Assembly: GCA_963737655.1 (NCBI GenBank)
Contig: CAVTTN010000002.1
Span: forward strand, 1,440,001-1,504,000
Origin: an uncultured Planctomycetota bacterium
GTDB lineage: Bacteria > Planctomycetota > Planctomycetia > Isosphaerales > Isosphaeraceae
DNA: 64,000 nucleotides
Reading direction: 5' to 3'
Of the stretch, positions 62,195-64,000 are shown one piece after another (position 1 is the stretch's first letter; each line of letters starts with the position of its first letter). The position numbers and the translations under genes were made by a program. The notes under the pieces are model-generated. The model saw nothing but the letters and a program-made list of their open reading frames with translations, did no database searches and was not told the origin of the DNA.

Positions 62195-62471
62195 GATCGA
62201 CCGATGGCATTCGGCATTCGGGATATCCCTAAATATTGCCGCAATCTGGGGGACTTGGTGAGATATGAGACCGTAATCCACGGAGCAGAGATGTCCTCCC
62301 ATTTCTCTTTGCGGGGATAGAAATGGAGACCTCAGTCATTTAGCAAGGCGTCTGGCGGAACGGGATCGAAACAAGACTCGAGATGGAATCGTCCATCTCC
62401 CCCCAGACCTCCGGGTGATTCAGCGAGGCCCCCGTTTCTCCTCTCGGACCCTTGCTCCGGCTTCGTCGCGC

Positions 62472-63884
62472 TCAACTGGTTGCGTGAGGGGGGATGCAAT
62501 TCGTGACCGGTGCCCCTGTTGGGTCGACCCCAACTCGGGGAGAGTTGCGTCTCTGGCGGAGGAGAGGTCCGTCGGCTCGGCCGGTGATCAGGCGGGCCCC
62601 GCGATCGTAGGTCACGTACGACCAGGCCCACTGGATCATCACCAGCAGGCGGGTGCGGAAGCCGATCAGGAACAGAACGTGGACGAACAACCAGAGCAGC
62701 CAGGCGGGCAATCCACTGAGTTGGAGGCGACCGAGCTTGGCGACGGCGGCGGCCCGGCCGATCGCGGCCAGGTTCCCCTTGTCGACGTAACGGAACGGCC
62801 GTCGCGGCGATCCGGCGAGGGTCCGCAGGATGTTTCGCGCCGCGTGTCGGCCTTGCTGGGCGGCGGCCGGGGCCACGCCCGGGATCGGCCGGCCGTCCTG
62901 GGCAAAGTGCGCGAGGTCGCCGATGGCGTAGACGTCCTCGCGGCCGGGGATCGTCAGGTCGGGGTCGACAAGCACGCGGCCGGACCGATCGAGCGGGACG
63001 CGGAGGCTGGCGGCCAGCGGTGATGCCGCCACGCCGGCCGCCCAGAGCACGGTTCGCGCGGGAATCCTCACGGCGCCGGGGCCCTGGCCGACGGTGACCC
63101 CCTGGGCGTCGATCGCCGTCACGCGCATGTTCCGGCGCACGTGGACGCCCAGCCGGGTGAGTTGCCGACGCGCCGCCTCCGAGAGCTTCTCGGGGAACGA
63201 GGTCAGGAGGCGTGGGCCGCTGTTCAGGAGGATGACCCGGGCCGAGGCCGAATTGATGTGCCGGAAGTCGCTGGCGAGCGTCTTGCGGGCGACCTCGGCC
63301 AGGGCGCCGGCCAACTCGACGCCCGTCGGGCCGCCGCCCACGATGACGAAGGTCATCCAGGCCTGTCGTCGCTCGACGTCGGTCTCGCGCTCGGCGATCT
63401 CGAATGCGAGGAGCAGGCGCTTGCGGATCTCCAGGGCGTCGCCGAGGCCCTTGAGCCCCGGTGCGTGCGGCCCCCATTCGTCGCGGCCGAAGTAGGAGTG
63501 CGTGGCGCCCGCCGCGAGGATCAATACGTCATAAGCAATGTCGCCGTCGCTGAGGATCACGCGCCTGCCGGGGACGTCCACCGCCGTCACGTCGGCCAGG
63601 ACGACTTCGACGTTCGACTGTCGGCCCAGGATTCGCCGGATCGGCGCCGCGATGTCGCTGGGGCTCAACAGGGCGGTGGCCACCTGGTAGAGCAACGGCT
63701 GGAACAGATGATGATTCGAGCGGTCGATGACGGTGACGGAGACCGCCTTGCCCCGGAAGGCCTTCGCCGCGCTCAAGCCGCCGAACCCCGCGCCGACGAT
63801 GACCACCCGGGGCCTCGCCCCGCTGAGCATCCGGTGCGGCGGCTGCATTCCGTGCCGGTCGTGTCGCGTGAATTGAATATTCAT
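62472..63884 (-). CDS. ndh: NAD(P)/FAD-dependent oxidoreductase (type II NADH dehydrogenase family)
   Basis: VIVGAGFGGL, HLFQPLLYQVAT, VGGGPTGVELAG, LWAAGV, AIGD, PGVAPAA.QQG, YVDKG.LA.IGR, AWLLWLFVH; true start may be a later ATG. Confidence 0.92.
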   Translation of the reverse strand: MNIQFTRHDRHGMQPPHRMLSGARPRVVIVGAGFGGLSAAKAFRGKAVSVTVIDRSNHHLFQPLLYQVATALLSPSDIAAPIRRILGRQSNVEVVLADVTAVDVPGRRVILSDGDIAYDVLILAAGATHSYFGRDEWGPHAPGLKGLGDALEIRKRLLLAFEIAERETDVERRQAWMTFVIVGGGPTGVELAGALAEVARKTLASDFRHINSASARVILLNSGPRLLTSFPEKLSEAARRQLTRLGVHVRRNMRVTAIDAQGVTVGQGPGAVRIPARTVLWAAGVAASPLAASLRVPLDRSGRVLVDPDLTIPGREDVYAIGDLAHFAQDGRPIPGVAPAAAQQGRHAARNILRTLAGSPRRPFRYVDKGNLAAIGRAAAVAKLGRLQLSGLPAWLLWLFVHVLFLIGFRTRLLVMIQWAWSYVTYDRGARLITGRADGPLLRQRRNSPRVGVDPTGAPVTNCIPPHATS

Positions 63885-64000
63885 GGGCCGGATTGTAGCT
63901 CGGGTTCGGCCCCCGTGAATCCGAAACTCGACGAGAAAAAGATTCCCGGAAAACCGACGAAATGGCGCGCGCTCCGAGGTGCGTACTACGTTGTTATCAG

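Noticed and set aside
62332..62420. Possible gene remnant (..GRFHLESCFDPVPPDALLND)
   Set aside because: Tail of an off-frame ORF; too short to assign.

Overview
High-GC bacterial DNA, almost certainly Planctomycetota and probably Isosphaerales. This is inferred from DUF1559, DUF4058, Uma2, PEP-CTERM and kinase/ECF genes and the AGGGTTTGATC 16S start. The window holds: (1) a DUF1559 - Cys-rich peptide - anchored secreted protein - exported C39 peptidase cluster at 1-3375; (2) a tetrahydromethanopterin/methanofuran C1 cluster (fhcB, fhcA, fhcD interleaved with two Uma2 nucleases, plus a divergent SDR-DUF6513-DUF447-mptG operon) at 14.9-24.2 kb; (3) a complete minus-strand 16S-23S-5S rRNA operon without spacer tRNAs; (4) a ParB-methyltransferase fusion converging on two paralogous winged-helix proteins, the larger resembling a phage/plasmid replication initiator with internal 33-bp-phased repeats; (5) two TPR Ser/Thr kinases (one coupled to an ECF sigma), a Bcs1-like AAA ATPase, secreted proteases, PEP-CTERM proteins and housekeeping enzymes; (6) several families of intergenic palindromic repeats. 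About seven frameshifts, mostly single-base indels in short G/C runs, split otherwise intact genes and are most likely long-read assembly errors. The best candidates for undescribed systems are the extracytoplasmic double-glycine/C39 peptide cluster and the orphan initiator/ParB-MTase module. All family calls come from motif recognition only; no searches were run.
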